A stretch of 63,659 bases of DNA, the filler included, from Octopus bimaculoides (lineage: Eukaryota): assembly GCF_001194135.2 (NCBI RefSeq). It is 8 parts of 7 records of this genome, joined end to end, with 100 filler letters (N's around TTAATTAATTAA, not from the genome) between each part and the next. Parts side by side here need not be neighbours in the genome. Positions count along the whole stretch, not along the records: positions 47,674 to 58,507 come from NC_068982.1; positions 58,608 to 63,659 come from NC_069005.1; 6 more parts are not named here. One strand, written 5' to 3'. The notes beneath the pieces were generated by a model, which was given only the letters and a program-made list of their open reading frames with translations, did no database searches and was not told the DNA's origin. Below are positions 51,111-63,239 of this stretch, piece after piece (within the stretch, counting starts at the first letter, position 1; every line of letters begins with the position of its first letter). Made by a program: the position numbers and the translations under genes.

Positions 51111-51868
51111 AAATGGGTAGAGATAATTCATGCATCTCGACTTTATTTCCACATAAGATTTGTTGATGTAGTTTATACATCAACAAATCCTATGTGGAAA
51201 TTTCTTTTGTGGACTATTCCAAAAATAGATATAATACTTTAAAATTTTGGCACAAGGCCAGCAACTTCAAGGAGCGAGGAAGAGATTACACCGACCCCAG
51301 GCTATTTCACTTTGCTAGTGCTATTAACATCTTTGAGAATGGCATGAATGTTGCAACATCTTATGCCCACTGACTAAAAATAAAGCCTGTCCAAGTAAAT
51401 CATGCTTTGTGGATATAAATGTGCGTGTGTGTGTGTATTCCTACATGCAAGTGAGTTTATGTTATTTAGCTCGGATCCGCTCTGATCAAGCAGATTTATC
51501 ATCTAAGACGTTCCAGCCGTCTTTTTCCTTGGTACAGAGCAACTTAAGAACGCATGTGTTTGCTTATTTTCTCATAGCACGGCTATGATGGAGTATTAAA
51601 GAGACTTGGACTATTAGTTTTAGCTAGTCGAGCGAGCATATTTTAGACTCCCACTGGCTGTACAGAAATAAATGTATGTGCGTTTGTGTGCGTGTGCGTG
51701 TGCATGTGTGTGTGAGAGTGTTTGCGTATATATTGCTGTTTTGTCCCAGTTCAAGCTTGATCGTATCAAATTATAGTCAAAGGTATTCCAGTCACAACCA
51801 CCTCATTTTTTTTATATATATCTAGACCTGGGTTTTCCTGTACGGGTGTCTTTCTTTGCACAGACGTG

Positions 51869-51928
<60 letters not shown>

Positions 51929-53051
51929 GTACCTTTCATTTTCTCGCAGAAATCTTCAATATAAAAACAAATATTAACAGACACAAATATCATATGAAGC
52001 GTAAAGCAGAAATAAAAGATGTTTTTAAAGTCCCAACCAGCCCTTTTTTATATACCTAGATCTTTATTTTCCTGTACAGGAGTCTTTCTTTAAGACGGCA
52101 AGGTGGAACTGAGGGAGATTTAGCTGCTATTTCACGCAGATCGTGTGACCACATAAAGTCTTCTTCGTTGGTTTCAGCGTGTTTATGCTTCAATGTGTGT
52201 GTACTTATGTTTCTCTGTATGTATGTGTGTTGAAATATGTTTGAATGTATGTATATTTATGTGTACGCCTATATGTGCATGAGCATGTTCGTGCGTTGGT
52301 ATACGCATCATGTATGCATGCTTATATTTATCTTCGTATCTTTATTAATACATTAGTTTATCAATTAATTTATATAATGAGTCTAGGGTTGCCTCTGTGT
52401 GTGTCTGTATTTGCATGGTTATATGTGCGTGTGCCTGTGTAAGCGTGATACACATGAGAGTTTATGTGCATATATGCGTTGATATATGTAAGAGAGTACA
52501 AACGTGTAAGTATATGTTTGCGTATACATGCATATGTATTCCATAAATGCAAGCCTAGATGTGTGCGTGTGAAAGTGTGAGTGTAGCGTAAATGTGTGTG
52601 CATGCGTGTGTATGTGGTGTGTATGCTCTGTGTGTGTGTATGTATTACACGCGTGAGTATATGACTAAATGAATGTATTTGTGTTTCGTCTTCCATCTAT
52701 CCCTTTATAATAATCCTTCCATCACCCACTTACACCGTTACACTGTCATCCCCTACCCCAATCCCCTTTCTTTCAACAGCCCGCTGAAAGCTTTCATCCC
52801 GTTTCATGTCCACAGAAGCTTTTCTGTTCATCCTTTTCATTAGGGAACGCTGTTTCCTAACACCCTAAAACTTTATCTTTCCCCACCCAACTCATATCTC
52901 CATTGTATTTATTTGTTTCTCCTTCTAGAGTCCGCCTCGCCCTTCCGTACTGTTGTTCTTGTTCTTTTTTTTTCAGAGTTTCTTTAGTTAATCATTCAAC
53001 CAGCCTCATTATAATTATATACAATTTCTTACTAATTATTTTTACACACAT

Positions 53052-53143
<92 letters not shown>

Positions 53144-53369
53144 TATCTTTCATTCATTTTATCTCAGAAATTTTCAATATAAACAAATGTATTAACAGAC
53201 ACAAATATCATACGAAGTGTAAAGCAGAAATAAAAGATGTTTTTATAGGCAAATTTAAATAAAGCAACCTCTATTCAATGAAATAACAAAAATATGTTTT
53301 CATAACTTATATCTAAAAGACATTGATAAGCCTATTCTGCAAAATTTATGCATGAACAATATTTGTGTT

Positions 53370-53570
53370 AGTATGTATGTATGTATGTATGTATGTATGT
53401 ATGTATGTATGTATGTACGTATGTATGTATGTATGTATGTATGTATGTATGAATGTATGTATGTTTGCATGTATGTATGTATGTATGTATGTATGTATAT
53501 ATGCATGTATGTATGTATGAATGTATGTATGCATGTATGTATGTATGCATGTATGTATGTATGTATGCAT
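53370..53570. repeat. (TATG)n array
   Basis: Direct reading. Confidence 0.95.
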
Positions 53571-54460
53571 ATACGGAGTTATTTACTTTTAATTAACATG
53601 TACTCAGCTCAAAAGTATTGAATAATATGACATAGCAACAACATTTTTCAAATATTTCTTAATTGGAACGGTTTAACTCGAAGCGAATAGAGCTATAAAT
53701 AATAGCGAGCAAATATTGGTTTTAAAAGCTCTTTGGATAGAAAATGTCGAAGGCTGCTCTCCAACGTTCCTGTCCAAAGGGTTTTTTTTTTTTAACAAAA
53801 CTTATTTCATTTTCCTTCGAAGATTTTAAATACTTATGACATGAAAAATATTGACATATGACTCGCGCAAGGCGTGGGTGTGTGAGTGGATTTGGTAGAC
53901 AGAAACTGAAAGAAGCCCGTCATATATATATGTACATATATATGTGTGTGTGTATATATATATATATATATACTCACACANNNNNNNNNNNNNNNNNNNN
54001 NNNNNNNNNNNNNNNNNNNNNNNNNNNNNNNNNNNNNNNNNNNNNNNNNNNNNNNNNNNNNNNNNNNNNNNNNNNNNNNNNNNNNNNNNNNNNNNNNNNN
54101 NNNNNNNNNNNNNNNNNNNNNNNNNNNNNNNNNNNNNNNNNNNNNNNNNNNNNNNNNNNNNNNNNNNNNNNNNNNNNNNNNNNNNNNNNNNNNNNNNNNN
54201 NNNNNNNNNNNNNNNNNNNNNNNNNNNNNNNNNNNNNNNNNNNNNNNNNNNNNNNNNNNNNNNNNNNNNNNNNNNNNNNNNNNNNNNNNNNNNNNNNNNN
54301 NNNNNNNNNNNNNNNNNNNNNNNNNNNNNNNNNNNNNNNNNNNNNNNNNNNNNNNNNNNNNNNNNNNNNNNNNNNNNNNNNNNNNNNNNNNNNNNNNNNN
54401 NNNNNNNNNNNNNATATATATATATATATATACAAATTAAATATTATATGTATACATATA

Positions 54461-54765
54461 CAGGGTGATTCAAAAGTCGCCATACATAAGAATAATTCAT
54501 CTTTTTACAAGAAACAGTTCATAAGAGCAGTTATTTTTTTTATTTAACAGGCTCTATAGGGTTACCATTGTTTTGAATATACGTTGCAATACATTTACCC
54601 CACATATTGTGAACTCGTAATAGCACATCTGGTGGTACGTGTGCAAAGGAGTTGATGGAGCGTTCCTTCAAATGATTTATGCCTTTTATCATTCCGTGAG
54701 ACACCATGCCTTTCAAATGCATCCAAAGACAGAAATCAAGAGGGGTTAGATCAGGGGATCTGGAA
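54461..54765 (-). mobile_element. Tc1/mariner-superfamily 3' end with transposase C-terminal remnant
   Basis: TA|CAGGGTGATTCAAAAGTC TIR; minus translation SRSPDLTPLDFCLWMHLKGMVS...LKERSI...NNGNPIEPVK* matches the SPDL(T/N)PLDF(F)LWG motif. Confidence 0.85.
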
Positions 54766-54932
54766 GATCTTATAAACTGTTACTTATAAAAAAAATAATT
54801 TTTCCTATGTATGGAGACTTTTGAATCATCNNNNNNNNNNNNNNNNNNNNNNNNNNNNNNNNNNNNNNNNNNNNNNNNNNNNNNNNNNNNNNNNNNNNNN
54901 NNNNNNNNNNNNNNNATATATATATATATATA

Positions 54933-55421
54933 AGAGGTTTACAAAAAGTATAAACATCACAGAGAGGCTGTCTCCTTGGAATATGCCTTTGCGATACTGT
55001 ATTCTATCGCTGATAATACATTCACGCTGTGTTTTATTTCAAGATGGTGGCCCATGGTGAAGTCAGATCAGATATGGCATTGACTATTCTCACTGGAACT
55101 TTAGCAAGTTAAAGGGCTTCTTGCATTCGTGAGTGGAGAACAGAGTCAAAGGCATTCTTGTAGTCTAGCTACATTGAAACTAGGTACCTCCTCTACTCTC
55201 GCACCTCTGACATCACAGTTTTGTTGATTATAAATTGCTCAGCACATCCCCAGACTCTTGTTCTTCCCAACTGCTCGTTCTGCTGTGATAATATTATTGC
55301 TTTCACAATGGTCCTGGAGCAAGAGGTTCAAACATGTTGTATATATTTTATACATTAAGTTCTGGCATGCAGTTCTCCGGTACGTTTTTGCCATGTGGGT
55401 CGTACTGCATTCGGGGATCAA
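54933..55421 (-). pseudogene. Reverse transcriptase remnant of an R4/Dong-like non-LTR retrotransposon
   Basis: Across stops and frameshifts: YRRTACQNLMYKIYTTC...NNIITAE, VWGCAEQFIINKTV, LDYKNAFDSVLH, KGIFQGDSLSV. Confidence 0.85.
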
Positions 55422-55718
55422 CTATATCTCTTCTTCTTCTTCTTCTTCTTCTCTGCCAAGAATTCACAACGACTTCGAACCCACAAGAGTAAACGAGAGA
55501 GACAGAGACAGGCAGAAAAAGGAAAATGCCCCTTGTATTTGAATACTATGCAAATATTCTTTTAAAAAACTTTTCATTTAATTTTTCCAAAATGTAATTG
55601 TTTTCTATACTTACAGTTTAAAAAGTTTCAATGACCGAAACCGGCACTGAAATGTTTTTTATATAATTATTTTGTCTTTGAATGTCGTATCTTATCCTTT
55701 CGGCAATATGTTTTAATT

Positions 55719-56775
55719 ACCGAGTGTCGAAGTGCATCCCTTGACCAAGTTTGCATACATGAGGCTGATAACATCATTAGCTTAGGAAGGCAGCTCCTTG
55801 AGCAACACTATTTGCCTGATAACCGAGAATACATGCCCAAAGAAGTTGCTCGACTCTATCGCAACGTATCATCGGACGAAAGGATGAGCCTATATGAGCA
55901 GAATACTATGCAAGGATATTTTATTAGAAAGCTCCGTAATGATAGTAATATCGAACATCAAAGCAGTTTATCATGGACCAATAGCCGGGTTTCTACCTCC
56001 CACTGTGAAGGGTATGCGTTTGCAATCTAGGAACAGGAAATATCAACCAAGTACTTGATGCACAAAAGGGATAGAGATGCAGGTAAAGCCGTAAAGTGTG
56101 ACAAACGATGCAGCCTTTGTGGAGTTAAAACTGAAGGTATCACCCACATCATAAGCATTTGTCTGAAAATGTCATCACGGTATTATCTACCGATGAGACA
56201 TGACGTTTTAGCTAAGACACTCTATAATGAAATCCGTCGGAAGTATAATCCCGAGGACAAAGAAATAAGAACTCACAATATGGTTGAAGCCATAGCCACT
56301 CATAATAAAAAGGAACACTGGTGGAATGTACCAATGAAGACTTCAATAAAATGCAAGCACAACAGACCTGATATAATGATTTGGGATAGAGAAGAGAAAC
56401 TGTGCACAGTTGTGGAAATTAGTTGCCCAGCGGATGTAAACATAAAGCTGAAGAACAGTGGAAAAGAGAACACCAATGCTGGACTATTAAGAAATCTGTA
56501 GTTACTCTATTCAGATTACAAGTTCAGGCTTATACCTGTAATTATTGGGGCGCTGGGATATGTAACACACTACCTAAATACCAATCTTGAGAAATTGGGC
56601 TTCTGAAAACCAGAAAGAAGAAAGGTAATTCGAAGACTACAGATCCAATCCATCACTGGAACTGTAAAAATCCGTAAGACTTTCCAGAAGTTTATCATTT
56701 AAATATATATGAGTATGTCTAGATATGGAACTATATGCATGAGAATACATACATAAAGCAAAACATACAAATTAC
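55719..56775 (+). pseudogene. C-terminal CCHC and restriction-like endonuclease region of an R4/Dong-like non-LTR element, with short 3' UTR
   Basis: CSLC..TEGITHIISIC, RHD, HNRPDIMIWD..VEISCPADVN, IPVIIGALG; in-frame stops. Confidence 0.9.
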
Positions 56776-56776
56776 C

Positions 56777-56836
56777 ACTGAACCCAGAAACTATGTGGTT
56801 GGTAAGCAAGCTACTTACCACACAGCCACTCCTGCG

Positions 56837-56838
<2 letters not shown>
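56777..56838 (-). mobile_element. 5' head fragment of SINE family B
   Basis: Reverse complement of GGCGCAGGAGTGGCTGTGTGGTAAGTAGCTTGCTTACCAACCAC. Confidence 0.85.
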
Positions 56839-56873
<35 letters not shown>

Positions 56874-57039
56874 CTCTTGAAAATCTTGTTACTTCCACCG
56901 TTATTCTCCTTGGTTGTTCCTAATTTCATCATAACAATACAGGCAATTGTGTTCCAAAACCAGCTTAGTGCAAATAGGAAAAATATTAATTATTTAATTA
57001 TTTAACTGCTACAGCAGCTAATGATGATAACGCTACTGG

Positions 57040-57089
<50 letters not shown>

Positions 57090-57164
57090 GTGTTGGTTTT
57101 TTTTATTGACCACAAAGCATTTACATCGAGAAAACATTATGAGCGGCACGGGACAAAACATTGA

Positions 57165-57220
<56 letters not shown>

Positions 57221-58281
57221 GCGTGCGTGTGTGTGCGTAATAATAAAAGCGCAGCTACCAACAAGGATAATAGAAATGAGCTTGAATGATATGACATGAG
57301 CATTCTGTAAGACAAAGTTATATCGATGGAAGAGTTTCTAAAGCTAAGTAAATACAAAAAATAAAAACTAGAAAGAGATTGAAAAGATGAAGCATCTTAA
57401 AACGAAAACACCTAGTCATCATTTCGTGTGATAAAACAAATGGAGGATGTGAAAAATACCTTTCTTTCAGAGCCTGTGAGACTAGAACTTATCTTCAAAT
57501 CGACAATTTGGTCAAAAAGTTTATGTGGTATTGCTCAGCAATCAACGGATTAAGTCTATTATATCGACCGCCGAAAACAGTCAGAACACTAAGGGTCAGA
57601 ACAAACTCTTATCCACTGCTCTGATTACCAAAGACAATCCAACTTTGACTTTCGTGATTTATTTATGTACCCTGACCCCATTATCTCACGTATCACTGTT
57701 TTTTAATACACCAGGATATTGAGATGCTACGCCATTTGTTCGAAAAAAAAAAAGCATTCAAGAAACCAATCAGCGTGTCTGCAATTTCTGTGAATAATCA
57801 ACAGAGATGTGAGATTCGATTCTCATCAAATTTCATATATACAATGATTATTTTAAACTTGGTATTCCGTCGCATGAAGTTATAGAAACTGAAGATTTCC
57901 GAAAAATTCTGTCCATGCACTGACGGTCTGTTCTTATCAAGTTAATGAATAGTCCTTAGCCTCAGGCGTTATGAGTGAATTTGTTGGTACGAAAGTACTA
58001 GTCTTCATTTGTAAGAGAATTTACTGTTATTTCTTGTAGGTTAGAGACCAAAAAATGCTCCTACTACGAATCATCATATGAATAAATAAATATGTGTACA
58101 TTTATGTCATGTGGGTTGTTTCTGGGATTCTTTTGTTTAGCCTGACATAATTTAGTTTTAAAAAAATATAAATACAGGACCCAAATTCAATTCTATTTCT
58201 TTCACTTGGCCTCCTCACTGGAAAAGTATGTCTGCCCTTTCTCACTTCAGTAATGCCTTGTCACTTGCGAGACTATACAAC

Positions 58282-58507
58282 TTTCAGTTCTATATTTAAG
58301 AGATGAGGAATTATTTACATTATTTACATTATTTACATTTGACGGATATTCGTCCTCATCTTGTTTGTTGTTAACACAACGTTTCGGCTGATATACCCTC
58401 CAGCCTTCGTCAGGTGTCTTGGGGAAATTTCGAACCTGGGTTCTCATTCCTATCGATGTTACTATTATTATTATATTATTATTATTATTATTATTACTAT
58501 TATTAAT
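58282..58507 (-). mobile_element. Second copy of the hammerhead-containing short element; 5' part runs into a gap
   Basis: (AAT)n, then AGGAATGAGAACCCAGGTTCG, HHR and tail GATGAGGACGAATATCCGTCAAATGTAAATAATG; alignable with 41240-41360. Confidence 0.85.
58374..58417 (-). ncRNA. Minimal type I hammerhead ribozyme
   Basis: Minus: ACAC-CUGACGA-A-GGCUG-GAGGGUAUAU-CAGCC-GAA-ACGU-U-GUGU; loopless palindromic stem III ACGU. Confidence 0.85.
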
Positions 58508-59327
58508 NNNNNNNNNNNNNNNNNNNNNNNNNNNNNNNNNNNNNNNNNNNNTTAATTAATTAANNNNNNNNNNNNNNNNNNNNNNNNNNNNNNNNNNNNN
58601 NNNNNNNATACACACACACAAACACCTATACACCCATACATCTATACACACACACACACACCAATACACCTATACACTCACAACGACACACACACACACA
58701 CACACCGATACACCCATACCCATACAGATACACACACACACATACACCAATACACACCCATACATCCACACACACACACCAATACACACATATACCCATA
58801 CACCGATACACACACACACACATCCATACACATACCATACATGAGAAAGGGAGAGAGAGAGAGTATTATGTTAAGAAACATTACTGTACCTCTTTGATGT
58901 TTCAGAAAAATTGATGATATAAAATGACTGAGGATCTGAAGAGAAACAGACACACAGACAGACACGTTAATTATGTTGTTACAGTGTGTAAATATATGTT
59001 CGTTAACAGACACAATTATAGTAACGATGTGTGTAAGGTGTGTGTTTGTAGAAGTGTGTCTGCATGTGTAAACATATGAATGTTACATGTGTGTGTTTGT
59101 AGAAATGTGTGTGTGTGTGTGTGTGTGTGTAAACATATGCTAAGTTTACATGTGTGTGAGTATGTAGAAATATATGTGCATGTGTTTAGAGAAATCTGTG
59201 TTTCTGTGGAGATGTGTGTGTGTGTGTGTAGAAATGTGTTCATAGAAATAAGTATCTATTTGTCAAAATGTGTATATGTGTGTGAAAACGTGTGTGTGTG
59301 TTATGTAGGGTGTGAATATATTTTCCT

Positions 59328-59633
59328 TTTACTTGTTTCGGTCATTAGACTGCAGCCATGCTGGGGCAGCATCTTGAAAAATTTTTAGTCAGATTAATCA
59401 ACCCCAGTGTTTTTTTTTTTTTATGCCTGGTACTTATTCTATCGGTCTATTTTGCTGAACCGCTAAGTTATGGGGATGTAAATACACCAACACCAGTTGT
59501 CGAGCGGTAGTGGGGGACAAAGACACACACAACACACACACGATGGGCTTCTTTCAGTTTGAACTCAGAACGTAATGGCAAACGAAATACTGCTAAGCAT
59601 TTCGCCCGGTGTGCTAACGTTTCTGCCAGCTCA
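59328..59633 (-). mobile_element. Chimeric SINE: family A head fused to family B body and tail
   Basis: Minus: TGAGCTGGCAGAAACGTTAGCAC...GTTCTGAGTTC joined directly to AAACTGAAAGAAGCCCATCG and the family B 3' module. Confidence 0.8.
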
Positions 59634-60545
59634 NNNNNNNNNNNNNNNNNNNNNNNNNNNNNNNNNNNNNNNNNNNNNNNNNNNNNNNNNNNNNNNNNNN
59701 NNNNNNNNNNNNNNNNNNNNNNNNNNNNNNNNNNNNNNNNNNNNNNNNNNNNNNNNNNNNNNNNNNNNNNNNNNNNNNNNNNNNNNNNNNNNNNNNNNNN
59801 NNNNNNNNNNNNNNNNNNNNNNNNNNNNNNNNNNNNNNNNNNNNNNNNNNNNNNNNNNNNNNNNNNNNNNNNNNNNNNNNNNNNNNNNNNNNNNNNNNNN
59901 NNNNNNNNNNNNNNNNNNNNNNNNNNNNNNNNNNNNNNNNNNNNNNNNNNNNNNNNNNNNNNNNNNNNNNNNNNNNNNNNNNNNNNNNNNNNNNNNNNNN
60001 NNNNNNNNNNNNNNNNNNNNNNNNNNNNNNNNNNNNNNNNNNNNNNNNNNNNNNNNNNNNNNNNNNNNNNNNNNNNNNNNNNNNNNNNNNNNNNNNNNNN
60101 NNNNNNNNNNNNNNNNNNNNNNNNNNNNNNNNNNNNNNNNNNNNNNNNNNNNNNNNNNNNNNNNNNNNNNNNNNNNNNNNNNNNNNNNNNNNNNNNNNNN
60201 NNNNNNNNNNNNNNNNNNNNNNNNNNNNNNNNNNNNNNNNNNNNNNNNNNNNNNNNNNNNNNNNNNNNNNNNNNNNNNNNNNNNNNNNNNNNNNNNNNNN
60301 NNNNNNNNNNNNNNNNNNNNNNNNNNNNNNNNNNNNNNNNNNNNNNNNNNNNNNNNNNNNNNNNNNNNNNNNNNNNNNNNNNCTGCGCCTACCGTTAATT
60401 TCTTTAGAAAAAAAAAAAGAACAATGTCCAGTTGAGAAAGACTTATTTTAAAATGACATACGTTGAGGTGTGCTTATATCTGGGAAACAACAATTAATTC
60501 CCACTTAAAAGTCTAGGTAAAAATATACAGGCTTTGTCTAATTAC

Positions 60546-60814
60546 CATTGCAATGGAGCACCAATTGTGATGGCTGAAGGTCCCACTTCTTCCGGGGTGA
60601 TAAAATCCTTTCATTAGTTGGAGTCTGCAGCATGTTTGAAGTATATGAAGACACTGATAGGCTGTCGTCCGGGGCAACGTCAGAGGCAACAGGATTAGCG
60701 TTGAGAGTCACGTCCGAAGCGAGTGACTTATCATTCAAATAGGAAGAGTATCCGGACACGCTCGATGTTTTCCCAACGTCTTCCATGATAGACGGTGACA
60801 GTAGGATTGTATTT
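60546..60814 (-). CDS. Candidate internal coding exon, Ser/Asp/Thr-rich, 269 nt
   Basis: Acceptor TTGACTGTTGCAG| at 60815-60816, donor ATG|GTAATT at 60544-60545; open frame NTILLSPSIMEDVGKTSSVSGYSS...LSPRKKWDLQPSQLVLHCN; non-repetitive, GC-elevated. Confidence 0.55.
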
Positions 60815-61015
60815 CTGCAACAGTCAAATGAAGTTCAATGCAAGAAGTAAATAAACACAGCTAAAAGTACATTGTACCAGAAGGGTGGTGGTGGTGATGN
60901 NNNNNNNNNAAATACAGCTAAAAGTACATTGTACCAGAAGGGTGGTGGTGGTGGTGATGATGATGATGCTTAAACAGCAGGACCAAATGATCAAGTGAGA
61001 TAAAAACAAGAATCT

Positions 61016-61413
61016 TAAAGCAGTTGTTTACTGTCAACTTAATGTGACAGACCCATTAAGGGAATCATATTGCTGCTATTTAGCCCGAGGAAGCTGAACC
61101 GCCTCCTGTTGGCCTCAACACATTTCCTGTGTCCTTATATTTGTGAAGGGGAGACAAGCTGTCTAGGCTAGACAGGTTTCTTCATGCAGCTAGTGTTGCT
61201 ACTTCAGGCTGATGACGAGCAATGAGTCAGAAACATGTCCCTGAATGCAGACTAAAGCCGGGTGGGGAAGTTTGTCTCCCCTTCACAAATATAAGGACAC
61301 AGGAAATGTGTCAAGGCCGACAGGAAGCGCTCCAGCTTCCTAGGGCTAAATAGCAGCAGAATGATTCCCTTATTGGGTCTGTCACATTAAGTTGACAGTA
61401 AACAACTGCTTTA
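61016..61413. mobile_element. 142-bp imperfect inverted repeat enclosing a hammerhead motif (PLE-like inverted arrangement)
   Basis: 61016-61157 is the reverse complement of 61272-61413, with scattered mismatches. Confidence 0.8.
61203..61245 (+). ncRNA. Type I hammerhead motif, weak stem II
   Basis: UUCAGG-CUGAUGA-CGAGCAAUGAGUCA-GAAAC-AU-GUC-CCUGAA; 6-bp stem I, palindromic stem III ACAUGU. Confidence 0.7.
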
Positions 61414-62179
61414 TCATAACACTGCTGCTTAAGTCTCTCTGTGAGATTTATAATTAGATCATTTGTAATAAGAATTTTGTTTGAGTGAATATCTCTAATC
61501 ACATTATCATCCAATGTGTCCTTTTTTAAGACAGTAGGATGAGATATAAGGGAGATTTGGCAGCTTTTTCTAGCCAGTCAAAGGACTCTGTGGAGGCTAG
61601 CTCCATATGCAGCTATAAACAAAAAAGTACACACTATCAATGCATGCATACAAATACATGAGCACACACACACACAAGTATGGCACCACTAGGTGGTCAC
61701 TGAACTTGTAAGAAATAGCAGGCAAACCTCACTCAAAATACACAAGCCATGTTGCTAGAATGTTGAGTAACACGGTTGCTTGACATTCAAAAAATAGCAG
61801 TCAACTTTCTGAATTTCACATTTGTCTTTTAAATAGGAAGCACATTATATAATGTAGTCATAGGTAGTCTTTTCCTGAAAAGAAGACAAAGAGATTGTGG
61901 TGGAACACCTTGCAATAGAATGGGTCGACTAATCACAGTTGGCCTAAGATTAAGTTACAAAAAAAACTAGACACCACACCGGACCACACAAATATAGTCC
62001 CTGATATGGGATAGCCATGGTTGGAACTCCTGGAGGATGAGTGTGTTCACTGGGGACTGACCCAGAATTAAACAGCACTATCTAATTTTATCAAAAGATA
62101 AATAATTTAAAATAAAAGATTCACACAACACATCGACAAACACATAAACAGACACCTACACAACCACACACACACAAAA

Positions 62180-62553
62180 AAAAAAAATCACAAATGTGCA
62201 CACACGTGCATATATGCATACACATGGACTCATACACACACATATGCGCACACATGCACTCATACATGCATGTGCACACATCCATACGTGTGCACACACA
62301 CAACCATAAAATCACAAATGTACACATGCACACACACACATGCATGTGCACACACATGCATGTGCACACACACACGCATGCATGTGCACACACACATGCA
62401 TGTGCACACACTCACATATGCATGTGCACACATACATGTGCACGCACAGCAATAAAATCACAAGTGTACACATGTGCACACACACATGCAAACATACATA
62501 CACATGCACACACCCACACGTACGCACACACACATGCAAACATACATACACAT

Positions 62554-62632
<79 letters not shown>

Positions 62633-62640
62633 TATAGACA
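62180..62640. repeat. Degenerate CA array with CACATGCATGTG units
   Basis: Direct reading. Confidence 0.9.
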
Positions 62641-63239
62641 CACATGCACACACAGCAGTGCAGAAATAAACATTGGTTGAATGAATCCAGGAAAATAGAA
62701 ACTTACTGTTTGTTGTTCTCAGAAATCGGACTTCTAAGAGAATGTCTGCTATGGTTCCATTTGTTCGTTATAACTGCAAAAATAAATAACACACAACACA
62801 CGTATATATATATAAATTCATATAACAACCATGTGGCTTCCTTAGTTCAACCCACTGCATGGCAATTTCAGGCATGTCATTTACTATAACCCTAAACTAA
62901 CTGTGACAGCATGAAGCTAATGTATGTTAAATTAAAGTTCCTTTAATTCCTACATATGTTTTAAAATATATGTGCACTCTACTCCAAAGAAGTAATAGCT
63001 GCTGGAATTGTACATATATTCTTCGTCAGGGAACCAACTTGGTATTTCTCCCTATAAAATGGGTGTGATATCCTGGTTTTTTTTGTGTGATTTTTGCTAC
63101 CCATGGTAACTATTAACATATTTACATTGTCAAGGTTTTTTTAAACTGAGATAATATTAATATATACATAAACTAATATACACACACACACACACACCAT
63201 ACAAGCACAGCTGCACACACATACACACATGTGCAGGCG

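Noticed and set aside
55612-55650. GAAACCGG with flanking CAGT/ACTG, resembling a hammerhead
   Set aside because: Core box absent; too decayed to support.
3745-58563. Recurring TTAATTAATTAA 12-mer at 3745, 6047, 21836, 29503, 35496, 47618 and 58552
   Set aside because: Always centred between two N-runs of similar length and encodes stops in all six frames: an assembly join linker, not biology.
60850-60965. Direct duplication of about 45 bp across a 10-N gap
   Set aside because: Unmerged contig overlap.
106-62680. Numerous long ORFs of YI/HT/CV/LSIY, poly-L, poly-V or X residues in the ORF track
   Set aside because: Translations of microsatellites or N gaps.
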